From NCBI GenBank assembly GCA_016295795.1, contig JAEDKN010000001.1, positions 6,845-70,844 of the forward strand: 64,000 nt of DNA, given 5' to 3'. The stretch comes from Bacilli bacterium (GTDB taxonomy: Bacteria > Bacillota_I > Bacilli_A > RF39 > UBA660). Made by a program: the position numbers and the translations under genes. Below are positions 10,450 to 21,048 of the stretch, piece by piece. Each line of letters starts with the position of its first letter. Positions within the stretch are counted from its first letter, which is position 1. The notes beneath the pieces are model-generated. The model saw only the letters and a program-made list of their open reading frames with translations, was not told where the DNA came from and made no database searches.

Positions 10450-10800
10450 TTATTTTATTATTTCTACTTTATAATTTATTTTTTCTTCTTCTTTTAACAT
10501 ATATTTTACTTCATATGTTGTTTTATTATTTATAATTTCTAATATTTTAATCTTATCGCTTACTTCTCTATTTAGATCTTTTAAAAAAACATTTGTAGTT
10601 GCTTGTAGAAAATTTAATGTTATTAAATACTCTGGTGTTTCTCTTCTCAATACGTTCTCATCCATGTTAAGAATCACCTTTATATCGTTTGATTCATCGT
10701 AAATTAGTATATTTCTTTTTTCATCTAATATTCCATAAGTTTCAAAATTTAATATTTCTTCAGAATTTATCAATTCCACTCTAATTTTTACATTTATCAT
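10450..10800 (-). CDS. Hypothetical protein (possibly DUF1934/YwiB-like)
   Basis: A 116-aa ORF with a clean coding signal. I have no motif that I can name with confidence. Confidence 0.35.
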   Translation of the reverse strand: MINVKIRVELINSEEILNFETYGILDEKRNILIYDESNDIKVILNMDENVLRRETPEYLITLNFLQATTNVFLKDLNREVSDKIKILEIINNKTTYEVKYMLKEEEKINYKVEIIK

Positions 10801-10910
10801 AATTACCTCTCATTTAATATGTCTAATATAACATAATTTTTTTATTTAGCACATAATAAGTGTAATTTTCTTCATAATAAAAATAGTCACAATTGTAGGA
10901 GGAATTTTAC

Positions 10911-12854
10911 ATGTTTAAAAAAAGTTTTAAATATTTTCTGTTTGTGTTCTTAATAATTAGTGCACTATCTCTTTGTGGTTATGGATATGCAAAATTATCA
11001 ACCAATTTAGAAATAAAAAGTGCAAATAATATATCATTATATGATGGAAATAATGAACTCTTTTTTCAAGGAAATGGAACTAGCAAGTGGGTAAGTCTAA
11101 ATAATATATCTCAAAACGTTATAGATGCTACAATATCCACAGAAGATAAAAATTTTTATAAACATTTTGGATTTGACTTTTTAAGAATTATAAAAGCAGG
11201 ATATGTTAATATAACTAGTGGTGAAACAAAGCAAGGTGCTTCTACTATTTCACAACAATATGTAAAAAACTTGTTCCTAGACTTCGACAAAACTTGGGAA
11301 AGAAAATGGAATGAAATGTGGTTAACAATAAATGTTGAATTACATTATAGCAAAGATGAAATATTAGAGGGATATTTAAACACTATAAATTATGGCCACG
11401 GTATGTATGGAATTGAAAAAGCTGCTAACTATTATTTTAATAAAAGTGCAAAAGAATTATCTTTAGCGGAAGCTTCAATGCTTGTAGGGATTCCAAAATC
11501 GCCATCTAATTTTTCTCCCCTTGTAAATCCAACACTTGCTAAGTCAAGGCAGAAATTAATTTTGCAAGGAATGGTTAAAAATGGATATATTACAGAAGAA
11601 GAAATGAATAATGCTTTAAATGAGGAATTAACTTTTTATGGAAAAGAATCAACAAATAATTTAAATACACTGATGTATTATAAAGATGCTGTTTTAAAAG
11701 AACTAGAAGACATCAGTAGTATTCCAACTTCTTTTCTAGATACGGGAGGATTAAAAATTTATACAACGCTTGATATAGAAGCACAAACAGCACTTGAGGA
11801 AAGTATAAATAAAAATGTTACCACCGATGAAATTCAAGCCTCCGCAATTACAATGAATCCAAACAACGGAGAAATATTAGCCCTTGTTGGTGGTAGAGAT
11901 TATACTAAATCAGAGTTTAACAGAGCAACAAATTCAGTTAGGCAAGTGGGCTCTACCATGAAAAGTTTTTTATATTACGCTGCATTAGAAAATGGTTTTA
12001 CTTCTAGTACAGCTTTTACTAGCGAACAGACTACATTTACTTTTTCTAACAATTCAACATATTCTCCAAAAAACGCAAATGAAATATATGGCAATATTCC
12101 CATTTCTTTAGCAACGGCAATCTCATACTCAGATAATATATATGCAGTTAAAACCCACATGTTTCTGGGAGAAGAAACACTTGTTAATATGGCAAAAAGA
12201 TTAGGTATAACTGCAGCTATAAGCGCTAATCCATCTTTGCCACTTGGCACCAACGAAATAAATATAATAGAAATGACCGCTGCTTATGCAACGTTTGCAA
12301 ATGAGGGCTATAAAATCACTCCGCATTTGATAAAAAGAGTAGAAGATTTAAATGGAAATGTTTTATATGAATACAAAGAGGAAAAAGAATTAATATTAAA
12401 TAGTAGTTTAGTATATATATTAAATGAACTATTAACCACTACATATGATTCAGCATTTATAGACTATAATTATCCTACCATTTTGAGTATTGCGGCAAAA
12501 ATGAGTAGGAAATATGCTGTTAAATCCGGAACAACAGCAACTGATTTATGGACTATTGGTTATACTCCTCAAGTTATAACCTCTGTGTGGATTGGATATG
12601 ATAATAATAAAGAAATTCCTACAAAGGAATATATGAGTGCTAAAAATGTTTGGATAGACAGCATGGAATCATATTTAAAGGATAAAGAAAAGGTTTGGTA
12701 CACCAAACCTAGCAATGTTGTCGGATATTTAGTAGATCCAATAAGTGGTAAACCTGCAACCGAAGACTCAAAACATAAGAAAATATTATATTATATCAAG
12801 GGAACAGAACCTACTGGAAATGAATTAGTCTTCGATGAAATTACAGATAATTAA
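10911..12854 (+). CDS. Class A penicillin-binding protein (transglycosylase plus transpeptidase)
   Basis: An N-terminal TM helix, GT51 motifs (ISTEDKNFYKHFGFD, GASTISQQYVKN), and a transpeptidase region with STMK and KSGT motifs. Confidence 0.85.
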   Translation: MFKKSFKYFLFVFLIISALSLCGYGYAKLSTNLEIKSANNISLYDGNNELFFQGNGTSKWVSLNNISQNVIDATISTEDKNFYKHFGFDFLRIIKAGYVNITSGETKQGASTISQQYVKNLFLDFDKTWERKWNEMWLTINVELHYSKDEILEGYLNTINYGHGMYGIEKAANYYFNKSAKELSLAEASMLVGIPKSPSNFSPLVNPTLAKSRQKLILQGMVKNGYITEEEMNNALNEELTFYGKESTNNLNTLMYYKDAVLKELEDISSIPTSFLDTGGLKIYTTLDIEAQTALEESINKNVTTDEIQASAITMNPNNGEILALVGGRDYTKSEFNRATNSVRQVGSTMKSFLYYAALENGFTSSTAFTSEQTTFTFSNNSTYSPKNANEIYGNIPISLATAISYSDNIYAVKTHMFLGEETLVNMAKRLGITAAISANPSLPLGTNEINIIEMTAAYATFANEGYKITPHLIKRVEDLNGNVLYEYKEEKELILNSSLVYILNELLTTTYDSAFIDYNYPTILSIAAKMSRKYAVKSGTTATDLWTIGYTPQVITSVWIGYDNNKEIPTKEYMSAKNVWIDSMESYLKDKEKVWYTKPSNVVGYLVDPISGKPATEDSKHKKILYYIKGTEPTGNELVFDEITDN

Positions 12855-13411
12855 AAAAGGATTTCACCGACATCTCCAGTTTTAACAAAGTTTGCATTTG
12901 CATCATCTGTATCAATATGCATTTCAAAAACTCCATTTGGAGTCTCTTTTATATAGACGTTTTCTAGAATTGCCTTTTTTTCGTTTCCTAATCTTACATT
13001 TACATATTTTTTATCCAAAAGTCCAAGTTTTTCCCTAGTTTCAGGATTTATATGAATATGACGAGTAGCAATAATACAGCATTTCTTTTGTAAGGTCCCG
13101 TTTGGTCCTATTATACAAATCTCAGCACTATCCTCTATATCTCCAGAATTTCTAATTGGCGGATTTATCCCTAATTGATAACTATCAGTTTTAGAAATTT
13201 CTACTTGTGTATAACTTCTAAAAGGTCCAAGTACTCTAACATTATTAATTGTAGATTTACTTGTTTTAATAGATACCTTTAATGATGTAGCGTATTCGCC
13301 TGTTTGTACTAATTTTTTTACTTTATCGAATTTTTCTTTACCAAATAAAGTCTTATAGTCATCATAAGTTAGATGAACATGCCTATTTGATACACCAATA
13401 TTCACTTTCAT
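12851..13411 (-). CDS. Phosphate propanoyltransferase PduL-like (phosphotransacylase)
   Basis: MKVNIGVSNRHVHLTYDDYKTLFG matches the PduL repeat consensus (V..S.RHvHL...a..LfG), and a second repeat follows at IIATRHIHINPETREKLGL. I trimmed the start to the ATG at 13411. Confidence 0.6.
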   Translation of the reverse strand: MKVNIGVSNRHVHLTYDDYKTLFGKEKFDKVKKLVQTGEYATSLKVSIKTSKSTINNVRVLGPFRSYTQVEISKTDSYQLGINPPIRNSGDIEDSAEICIIGPNGTLQKKCCIIATRHIHINPETREKLGLLDKKYVNVRLGNEKKAILENVYIKETPNGVFEMHIDTDDANANFVKTGDVGEILF

Positions 13412-13499
13412 ATTTTTCCTTCTTTCTTTAAAGATTATAACATAACAATATAATAATTTCATATAATATATTGGAACTTTTAAGAAAGGATTTGATATT

Positions 13500-13814
13500 A
13501 TGAATAATGGTTATTACAGACAGGATTCATACGAACCAGCATATATGCCTGTACAAAACAATATACCAAGCATGCCAATTGAACCAAGCAACAGCGAGAG
13601 TAAATATCAATATGCTGAAGCAGTTATAAATTCAAATATTGGAAGGAAAGCTTCAATACATATGTCGTTTCCAGATTCTATTGAATGGAGAGATAAGATA
13701 TTTAATGGAATAATTGAAGCCTCTGGTAAAGATTACATATTAATCAAAGACGAGCAAAACAAACAATTCCTATTATGGAATATATATATTAACTTTATTG
13801 AATTTAATGACTAA
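13500..13814 (+). CDS. GerQ-like spore coat protein (putative)
   Basis: An N/Q/P-rich N-terminus followed by a C-terminal block, MSFPDSIEWRDKIFNGIIEASGKDYILIKDEQNKQFLLWNIYINFIEF, that resembles the GerQ (YwdL) domain. Confidence 0.4.
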   Translation: MNNGYYRQDSYEPAYMPVQNNIPSMPIEPSNSESKYQYAEAVINSNIGRKASIHMSFPDSIEWRDKIFNGIIEASGKDYILIKDEQNKQFLLWNIYINFIEFND

Positions 13815-13854
13815 AACTTTTTACCTCTTTCACCTTCAGTAAGTTCGTGATATA

Positions 13855-14427
13855 ATGTTCATAATAAGAGGTGATTGGATGTTATATATTTATTTGACAA
13901 TAGGTTTTGTTTTCTTCATAATTATAATAGCAATTTGTATACACAATCAAATTATGAATATTGAAAAAATCCAGATTAAAATTAACGAAGCAGAAAATAA
14001 TATAAATATTTTGTTAGAAAAAAAATTAAACCTACTTAGTAACATATCAAAAACTATAAATGCTAAAAACAAAGAAAAAGTATTAGTAGAATTACCAAAA
14101 ATAAAAAACAAAAAACTGGAGATATTTGACCTTATAAATGAATCAAGCAAATTAAATAAAGAATTAAATAATTTTATTGAAGATAACAATTACATTTTAT
14201 CAGACGAAGAAGATAGTTTAATGAAAGATTTATATAACACAAATTTGGAAATAAACGCCATAATAGATTATTATAATTTAAATTCAGATTTATATAATAA
14301 AACAATTAAAAAGCCAACTTATCTTTTTACAAGAATAATAAAAAGATTTGTTAAAAAAGAAAAAATATTAGTAGAAAAAGAAGTTGAGTTTGAAATATTA
14401 AAACAAAATAATAATGATAATAGCTAG
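13855..14427 (+). CDS. LemA family membrane protein (putative)
   Basis: A single N-terminal TM helix, then a helical region (NQIMNIEKIQIKINEAENNINILLEKKLNLLSNISKTI) that matches the LemA pattern. Confidence 0.4.
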   Translation: MFIIRGDWMLYIYLTIGFVFFIIIIAICIHNQIMNIEKIQIKINEAENNINILLEKKLNLLSNISKTINAKNKEKVLVELPKIKNKKLEIFDLINESSKLNKELNNFIEDNNYILSDEEDSLMKDLYNTNLEINAIIDYYNLNSDLYNKTIKKPTYLFTRIIKRFVKKEKILVEKEVEFEILKQNNNDNS

Positions 14428-14433
14428 CTATTA

Positions 14434-15096
14434 TCATTTTATTTTCCAATCCACTGGATTTAGTCCACATTTTATTAAAAAGTTATTGGTTTTCGAAAAA
14501 GGCCTACTACCAAAAAAACCATTATATGCAGAAAAAGGGGATGGATGAGACGATTCTATTATAAAATGAATCGGATTCGTTATTAACCTTTTTTTGCTTT
14601 TAGCAAAATTTCCCCACAATATAAAAACCACTGGAGTGTTTTTTTTATTTATCTTTTCTATAACTTTATCTGTAAATGTTTCCCATCCTATATCCTTATG
14701 CGAAGCTGCTTTATTTGCCTCTACTGTTAAAACAGTATTTAACAATAACACTCCCTCTTCACTCCATTTTACCAAGCTACCATTATTGGGAATTTCATAC
14801 CCTAAGTCGTCCTTCAACTCTTTAAATATATTTTGTAAAGAAGGTGGCTTATTTATTCCTTCTTTTACCGAAAAGGATAATCCTTCAGCTTGATTATCTC
14901 CATGGTATGGATCTTGGCCTAATATAACTACTTTTGTATCTTTATATGAAGTGTTCCTAAAAGCTTTAAATATTTCGTTCTGTTTTGGATAGATTATTTT
15001 CCTCTTATATTCCTCTTCTATAAATTTCAATAGTTTTTGAAAATAATCTTTATTTATTTCATATTTTAAAATTTCATCCCAATCATTACCCAACAT
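14434..15096 (-). CDS. ung: Uracil-DNA glycosylase (family 1)
   Basis: VVILGQDPYHGDNQAEGLSFSV and HPSPFSAYNGFFG motifs. Confidence 0.92.
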   Translation of the reverse strand: MLGNDWDEILKYEINKDYFQKLLKFIEEEYKRKIIYPKQNEIFKAFRNTSYKDTKVVILGQDPYHGDNQAEGLSFSVKEGINKPPSLQNIFKELKDDLGYEIPNNGSLVKWSEEGVLLLNTVLTVEANKAASHKDIGWETFTDKVIEKINKKNTPVVFILWGNFAKSKKRLITNPIHFIIESSHPSPFSAYNGFFGSRPFSKTNNFLIKCGLNPVDWKIK

Positions 15097-15123
15097 AATA
15101 TCACCAAATACATTATACTACAT

Positions 15124-16419
15124 TTAATTGTGTTTTTTAAACTTTTCATAATCTGTTATTATTTCTCGTCTTAATTTTATTAGAGCATACATGTTTATAA
15201 TTGCTAGAACTGCGACCAATATATCAACTATATTCCAAATAATAGATGGACTCGCCAAACTACCAAAAAACAATAATATTACAGTTATTATTTTCAGAGC
15301 ATTTATATGAATTGGTTTAATATTTTTTATAAGATATTTTAGATTACTTTCACCATAATAATAACCTGCGACTATAGTTGAATAGGCTAATGCTATAACA
15401 GATATTATTAATACAAATATGCCAAATTTTCCTAAATGATAGTTTAATGCGTACTGTGTCAATTCAATACCATTTATGTTGTTTAATGATAAGCTTGTAT
15501 AATCGGAAGTTAAAATTATTAGTGCTGTAGATGTGCAAATTACAAAAACAGTAAAATATATTCCCAAAATTTGAATTAGACCTATTCCTATCTTATTACT
15601 AGAATGACTACAAGAAGAAGCAATTGCTCCAGTTCCTAATCCTGCCTCGGTAGAAAAAGTTCCACGCTGTATTCCAATAATAAAAGTAGATAATACACCC
15701 ATTCCAAAGGCTTTGAAATCAAAAGCACTAAGTATTATATTAGATAAAACCTCCGGTATTTTATCTATATTTATAACTATTACTGTTATACTAAGTAAAA
15801 CATATCCTATCCCCATAAAGGGCACCAATTTACTAGTAATATTAACTATTCTGTCCAATCCTTTCATAATAGATATTCCAGAAACAAATGCTAAAACAAT
15901 TCCTATTATAAGTGGGCTTATTCCATAATATTGTTCTATAGAAACAGAAATGGTATTGGCTTGAATAGCCATAAATCCAAAAATATATGCTATTATTATT
16001 AATATTGCATAGAAAGAAGCTAATTTTTTATTATTTAATCCTTTTGAAATGTAAAAAGATGGTCCACCCTTATATTCACTTCCGTCTCTTTCTTGATATT
16101 TTGCACCAAGATAACTCTCGCAGAAGGCATTTATTGAAGTTATTATCCCAGCAATCCAAATCCAAAAAATTGAACCTGGTCCACCCAAATATATAGCTAA
16201 AGCAATACCAGCTAACGAACCAACCCCTACTCTTGCTGCTAAAGAAACTGTCAAACTCTTAAATGGAGAAATACTATTTTTATCATCTGTTTTAAACCCC
16301 TTGAATAAAGAGGTTATTTTAAATTGAGGAAATTTCAGTTTAAAACTAAAGTAAAAACCTCCTCCTACTAAAAATACAAGTGCTATACTCCATAATACGT
16401 CTGTTATAATCTTAATCAT
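15124..16419 (-). CDS. Alanine/glycine:cation symporter (AGCS family)
   Basis: A 431-aa polytopic membrane protein. The N-terminus MIKIITDVLWSIALVFLVGGGFYFSFKLKFPQF is typical of AgcS. Confidence 0.75.
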   Translation of the reverse strand: MIKIITDVLWSIALVFLVGGGFYFSFKLKFPQFKITSLFKGFKTDDKNSISPFKSLTVSLAARVGVGSLAGIALAIYLGGPGSIFWIWIAGIITSINAFCESYLGAKYQERDGSEYKGGPSFYISKGLNNKKLASFYAILIIIAYIFGFMAIQANTISVSIEQYYGISPLIIGIVLAFVSGISIMKGLDRIVNITSKLVPFMGIGYVLLSITVIVINIDKIPEVLSNIILSAFDFKAFGMGVLSTFIIGIQRGTFSTEAGLGTGAIASSCSHSSNKIGIGLIQILGIYFTVFVICTSTALIILTSDYTSLSLNNINGIELTQYALNYHLGKFGIFVLIISVIALAYSTIVAGYYYGESNLKYLIKNIKPIHINALKIITVILLFFGSLASPSIIWNIVDILVAVLAIINMYALIKLRREIITDYEKFKKHN

Positions 16420-16550
16420 ACACTCACCTATTTAAGTATAAATTAAGATAATGACGTTTTATGTCATATTAAAAAAGTCGATTAATTTTTCTAATCAACT
16501 TCTTTTTACCTATTAAAATTTAGGTTAACAACATAACTTTCTAGAGTGTA

Positions 16551-16901
16551 TTATTTTATAATTGATCTAATTTTATTTATTATTCTCTCGGGATTTTCTA
16601 GAAATTTTTCATATAAATCACTATCTTTTTTTAAAGCATTTATTATCTTTAAATCATCCTCGGATAAATTAACAATTTTATCATTTCCTTTGTTATAATC
16701 TAATTCCATACCAATAAGCCAAAGAAAATCAACTTCCAAAAAATTTGCTATTCTTATTAATACATCTAGCGGAGGAATTCTATTACCCTTTTCATATGCG
16801 CAAATTTCGCCTTTACTTAGATAAATATTCTTCCCTAACTCTTCTTGTGTTAAATTTAGTTCTTTTCGTTTTTCTCTTAATCTTTTTCTAAAAATAACCA
16901 T
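16551..16901 (-). CDS. XRE-family HTH transcriptional regulator
   Basis: LNLTQEELGKNIYLSKGEICAYEKGNRIPPLDVLIRIANFLEV is a Cro/C1-type HTH. Confidence 0.75.
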   Translation of the reverse strand: MVIFRKRLREKRKELNLTQEELGKNIYLSKGEICAYEKGNRIPPLDVLIRIANFLEVDFLWLIGMELDYNKGNDKIVNLSEDDLKIINALKKDSDLYEKFLENPERIINKIRSIIK

Positions 16902-16983
16902 ATGAATACCTCGTTTGAGTTAATTATATGTAAATTTATCAAATCATTGGTTAAAGTTTACAAAAAGTAGACTTTTAATAAAA

Positions 16984-17005
16984 ATATCCACAATTTTGTG
17001 GATAT
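16984..17005. terminator. Perfect 22-bp palindrome ATATCCACAATTTTGTGGATAT, the likely rlmH-operon terminator, built from two inverted DnaA-box-like 9-mers
   Basis: Direct reading. It lies just downstream of the rlmH stop (minus strand) and is followed by a T-run on the minus strand. Each arm, (T)ATATCCACA, is one mismatch from the TTATCCACA DnaA box. Confidence 0.45.
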
Positions 17006-17007
17006 TT

Positions 17008-17463
17008 TTATTTATGGTATTTTTCATTATTCATTATCTTATAACTTCTATATATTTGTTCCAAAAGCATAACTCTAAACAATTGATGTGGAAAGGTCAT
17101 TTTAGAAAATGAAAGTCTAAAATTAGAAATATTCTTTATATCAGAATGTATCCCATGCGAGCCTCCAATTATAAATGTAATGTTACTATTTATCATGAGT
17201 TTTTTATCTAACTCTTTAGAAAATTCTGTAGATGATATTTCTTTTCCTTCGATTTCTAACGTTATTATATACTCTTTTCCTGTTAAGTGCTTTTGAATAC
17301 CTATTTTTTCTTTCTCAAGCGCTATCTTCTTATCATCAATTGCAGAATCTAATATTTCTATTATTTCAATATTAGTATATTTAGAAATTCTTTTTATATA
17401 TTCTTTAGATGCAGCTTCTAAATATTTCTCTTTTAATTTTCCAACACATATAATTTTTATCAT
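17008..17463 (-). CDS. rlmH: 23S rRNA (pseudouridine1915-N3)-methyltransferase RlmH (SPOUT)
   Basis: MIKIICVGKLKEKYLEAASKEYIKRISKY, 151 aa, with the C-terminal PHQLFRVMLLEQIYR block. Confidence 0.88.
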   Translation of the reverse strand: MIKIICVGKLKEKYLEAASKEYIKRISKYTNIEIIEILDSAIDDKKIALEKEKIGIQKHLTGKEYIITLEIEGKEISSTEFSKELDKKLMINSNITFIIGGSHGIHSDIKNISNFRLSFSKMTFPHQLFRVMLLEQIYRSYKIMNNEKYHK

Positions 17464-17464
17464 A

Positions 17465-18229
17465 TTAAACTTCCACCATTTCCAAAGAAATATATTGATC
17501 TGTTAAAATTATCTTATCTAAATTAAAATTTATATTAGAAAGCTCTCTCGTTATTTCATCAAGCACTAACTGTTTTGTATTATTATGTTCACTTATATGA
17601 GCTAAAAAAATGTATTTTGTATTATCACCTATTAATTTAGTCAATATTCTAGCCGTTGCCTTATTAGATAGATGTCCCCTATCGCTTAATATTCTTTGCT
17701 TTAATATAAAAGGGTAAGGTCCATTCATAAGCATAGTTTCATCATGGTTGCTTTCTATTATATATACATCTTTATTTTTCAACTTATCAAAGTATCTTTT
17801 GTTCAAATATCCAGTATCTGTAACATAGACAAGATTTTTATTTTTATAATTTATTATAAAACTATAACAACTAACATCATGTGAAACTGGGAGTAGCTCT
17901 ACACTCAAATCATTATATTTAAATTTTTCTCCCTCTATTATATAATAGTTATCTATTGTCATGTTCTTTAATAAATCAGAATAAATATCTTCCGTAACAT
18001 ATAATATTGCGTTTGTTTTTTTTATTAAAGAACACAAGCCTTTAATATGATCACTATGCGTATGTGTTATCAGGATAATATTCAAATCGCAAACATTTAT
18101 ATTTATCTCTTCCAAGGATTTTTTTATTTGCATGTAACTTATTCCAGCATCAATCAATATTTTAGTATTTCCACACTCTATGTAAGTAGAATTCCCTTTC
18201 GAACCACTAGCTAAAACTTTTATTTTCAT
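17465..18229 (-). CDS. MBL-fold metallo-hydrolase, WalJ/YycJ-like
   Basis: HTHSDH zinc-binding motif. It is located immediately upstream of rlmH, as yycJ is in B. subtilis. Confidence 0.75.
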   Translation of the reverse strand: MKIKVLASGSKGNSTYIECGNTKILIDAGISYMQIKKSLEEININVCDLNIILITHTHSDHIKGLCSLIKKTNAILYVTEDIYSDLLKNMTIDNYYIIEGEKFKYNDLSVELLPVSHDVSCYSFIINYKNKNLVYVTDTGYLNKRYFDKLKNKDVYIIESNHDETMLMNGPYPFILKQRILSDRGHLSNKATARILTKLIGDNTKYIFLAHISEHNNTKQLVLDEITRELSNINFNLDKIILTDQYISLEMVEV

Positions 18230-19689
18230 CAGTACAACCTCATGGGATTAATGCTAGTTCCGCCCCTATATGGATAGCCTTTCCATACTCCAAAATGTAA
18301 ATGGGTTCCAGTAGCATATCCAGTTGCCCCCATTTTACCAATTTGTTGTCCTATTGTTACTATATCACCTTTTTTCACTAATAAAGCGGACATATGCCCA
18401 TATATAGTATAATATCCATTATTATGGTTAATAACAATATAATTTCCGTTAACTGAAGTATAGCCTGCCTCCACTACAACACCATCGTTTGCCGAATATA
18501 TTGGCGATCCATGACCTGTTCCACTTATGTCTATTCCTTCATGGAATTTTCCCCAGCGCCATCCAAATACACTTGTTATAACATATGGAATCTTAGTTGG
18601 CCAAGCCCATGAACCCAATGAACCCTTGCTTATAGTACCTTTACCACGAACTATTATTTTATTTATAGTAGGTTCGACCTCAGCAGAATTGACTACAACA
18701 GCACTAATTACTTCGCCATTTGATTTTTTTATTTTCTTGGTGACTTTGTTTTTTCCATTAACGCCTTCTTGTTTTACCCTCTCAACTCCTACCAACAGAC
18801 TATCATCATAAACAATTTCGGTTTTATATTTACTAATCTCTATTTCTACAACATGGTCTTCCTCTATTAACTTAAACGCTGGTCTAATAACTCCCAAAGT
18901 TACTGTTTGACCAGGATACAAAAGGTTATCACTGCTAGTGAATTCTGTATTTGCAATTAAAAATTCTTCAACAGATAATTTATTATCGTATGAAAGTTGC
19001 TCAATTGTATCACCCGATTTTACTGTATATGTTTTTTGTGCTTCTAGAGTTCCAAACAATAAATATTTGCTTAACTCCTCACTATCAGAAAAAATAACAT
19101 CATCTACCGATATTTTATTTTGCTTAATTGTCATTTCGTTTTCTATATATATATTTTCTATGATCTTACCTGTATCCTCAATCTCCTCTTGAGTTCCATT
19201 AACATAATCCTGATATTCCTCTTCTGGAACAAAAACTTTCAAAGTAGTCATTATAGCATCATTAAATATTTTTTTATCTAAAACATTTATAATTACATCA
19301 TCAGTTGTGTATTTCTGATCTTCTTCTATTTCTTCTACACCTTTTATTGTTATAGTATATCCATTGATGGTAAAAGGCGATATATCTTTAATTTTTTGAT
19401 AAATTTCTTCAACCGTTGATACCTTTTCGTTATATGTCACTTCTTTTACAACATCCAACTCTTTTGGTGCATAAACTTTGTCGACCCCATATTTATTTTT
19501 GATTTCTGATTCTTTTGTATTTATATATTCTTCAAGTTCTTGTTTTGAATTGATATATCCTATTGTTTTTCCAGATAGATAAACACGATATAACTCTTCA
19601 GGATCTTTATGCTTTGTATATCCTGTAAAAAACACTGTGCTACTAATAAACAAAGCTAATATTATAAATATTATTGATTTTTTATTCAC
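18229..19689 (-). CDS. Membrane-anchored LysM-domain M23 peptidase
   Basis: An N-terminal TM helix, a LysM-like segment (YTVKSGDTIEQLSYDNKLSVEEFLIAN), and a C-terminal M23 domain (HEGIDI...HLHFGVW). Confidence 0.7.
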   Translation of the reverse strand: MNKKSIIFIILALFISSTVFFTGYTKHKDPEELYRVYLSGKTIGYINSKQELEEYINTKESEIKNKYGVDKVYAPKELDVVKEVTYNEKVSTVEEIYQKIKDISPFTINGYTITIKGVEEIEEDQKYTTDDVIINVLDKKIFNDAIMTTLKVFVPEEEYQDYVNGTQEEIEDTGKIIENIYIENEMTIKQNKISVDDVIFSDSEELSKYLLFGTLEAQKTYTVKSGDTIEQLSYDNKLSVEEFLIANTEFTSSDNLLYPGQTVTLGVIRPAFKLIEEDHVVEIEISKYKTEIVYDDSLLVGVERVKQEGVNGKNKVTKKIKKSNGEVISAVVVNSAEVEPTINKIIVRGKGTISKGSLGSWAWPTKIPYVITSVFGWRWGKFHEGIDISGTGHGSPIYSANDGVVVEAGYTSVNGNYIVINHNNGYYTIYGHMSALLVKKGDIVTIGQQIGKMGATGYATGTHLHFGVWKGYPYRGGTSINPMRLY

Positions 19690-21037
19690 TTACAACACCT
19701 ACCGTATCTTTTTTATAACTTAGGAAAGTTGAAGTATCTCTTTTGAAAAGCAATTCTATGGTTGCAGTTGGTCCATTTCTATGCTTTGCAACTATAAATT
19801 CGCTTACACTAGTATTGTTTTCGGAAATCTTTTCTTTATTATAATAATCATCACGATATAAGAATGCTACAATGTCTGCATCTTGTTCGATAGAACCCGA
19901 TTCCCTTAGATCACTCATAATTGGACGCTTATTTTCTCGAGCTTCAACACTTCTGGAAAGTTGCGCTAATGCAACAACGGGAACTTTCAATTCCATTGCC
20001 ATCATTTTTAATGACCTTGAAATGTCTGAAACTTCTTGTTGACGATTTCCACCATAGTTTGTAGATGAAGAAATAAGTTGTAGATAATCAATTACAACCA
20101 TACTTAAACCTTCTTCGCTATTGGCTAAGCGTCTACACTTAGAACGAATTTCTCCAATCGTTATCCCCGGAGTATCGTCCATATATAACTTTGTTCCAGA
20201 TAATTGACTTATTGCCTCACTGACTCTTTTCCAATCATTGTTTTGCAAATTACCTGTTGCCATCTTTTTTCCCTCTATTTGGCCTAACGAGGATATCATC
20301 CTATTAACAAGTTGTTCTGCACCCATTTCCATATTAAATAACGCAACAGCTTTTGAACTGTTCATCGCAACATTTGTAGCTAAATTAAGGGCAAAAGCTG
20401 TTTTACCCATAGCTGGACGTGCAGCAATTATAATTAATTCGTTCTCATGAAGTCCAGAAGTCAAATGATCTATATCGTACCATCCTGTAGAAACTCCGGT
20501 TACTTCTCCTTTTGTTTCCGCTAACTTTTCTAAATTTGCTTCTGCTGTCTCCAACACCTCTCTTATTGACTTAAATTCTGTTGATCTCCTATTATTCACA
20601 ACACTCAATATTTTTCTTTCTGCATTATCTAATGTATCATTAACACTTACTTCGTTATTATATGCACTAGTCACAATATCAGTAGATACCTCTATTAATC
20701 TTCTAAGTAGTGCAGATTCTTCTACCAGCTTAATGTAGTGATCTACATTGGCAGCAGTTGGTACATAATCTATTATCTCTGTTAAATATTCAACTCCGCC
20801 AATTGCATCTAGTTTATTTTTATTCTTTAATTCTGTTGTTAACGTAGTAATATCAATAGGAATCTTTTTATCATACATATTTATTAAGCAAGTAAAAATT
20901 TCTGCATTGTTTGTAGAATAAAAAGATTCTTTTGTTAAAGCGTCTGCTGATTTCTGAAGTGCATATTTAGATAAAATCATGGATCCTAAAACTGATTGTT
21001 CTGCTTCTAAATTATGTGGAATATTCTTATTTTGCAT
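19682..21037 (-). CDS. dnaB: Replicative DNA helicase (DnaB family; DnaC in Bacillus nomenclature)
   Basis: LEAEQSVLGSMI N-terminus and a Walker A motif, ARPAMGKTAFALN. The gene follows rplI as in B. subtilis. Confidence 0.95.
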   Translation of the reverse strand: MQNKNIPHNLEAEQSVLGSMILSKYALQKSADALTKESFYSTNNAEIFTCLINMYDKKIPIDITTLTTELKNKNKLDAIGGVEYLTEIIDYVPTAANVDHYIKLVEESALLRRLIEVSTDIVTSAYNNEVSVNDTLDNAERKILSVVNNRRSTEFKSIREVLETAEANLEKLAETKGEVTGVSTGWYDIDHLTSGLHENELIIIAARPAMGKTAFALNLATNVAMNSSKAVALFNMEMGAEQLVNRMISSLGQIEGKKMATGNLQNNDWKRVSEAISQLSGTKLYMDDTPGITIGEIRSKCRRLANSEEGLSMVVIDYLQLISSSTNYGGNRQQEVSDISRSLKMMAMELKVPVVALAQLSRSVEARENKRPIMSDLRESGSIEQDADIVAFLYRDDYYNKEKISENNTSVSEFIVAKHRNGPTATIELLFKRDTSTFLSYKKDTVGVVSE

Positions 21038-21048
21038 GATATCACCCT

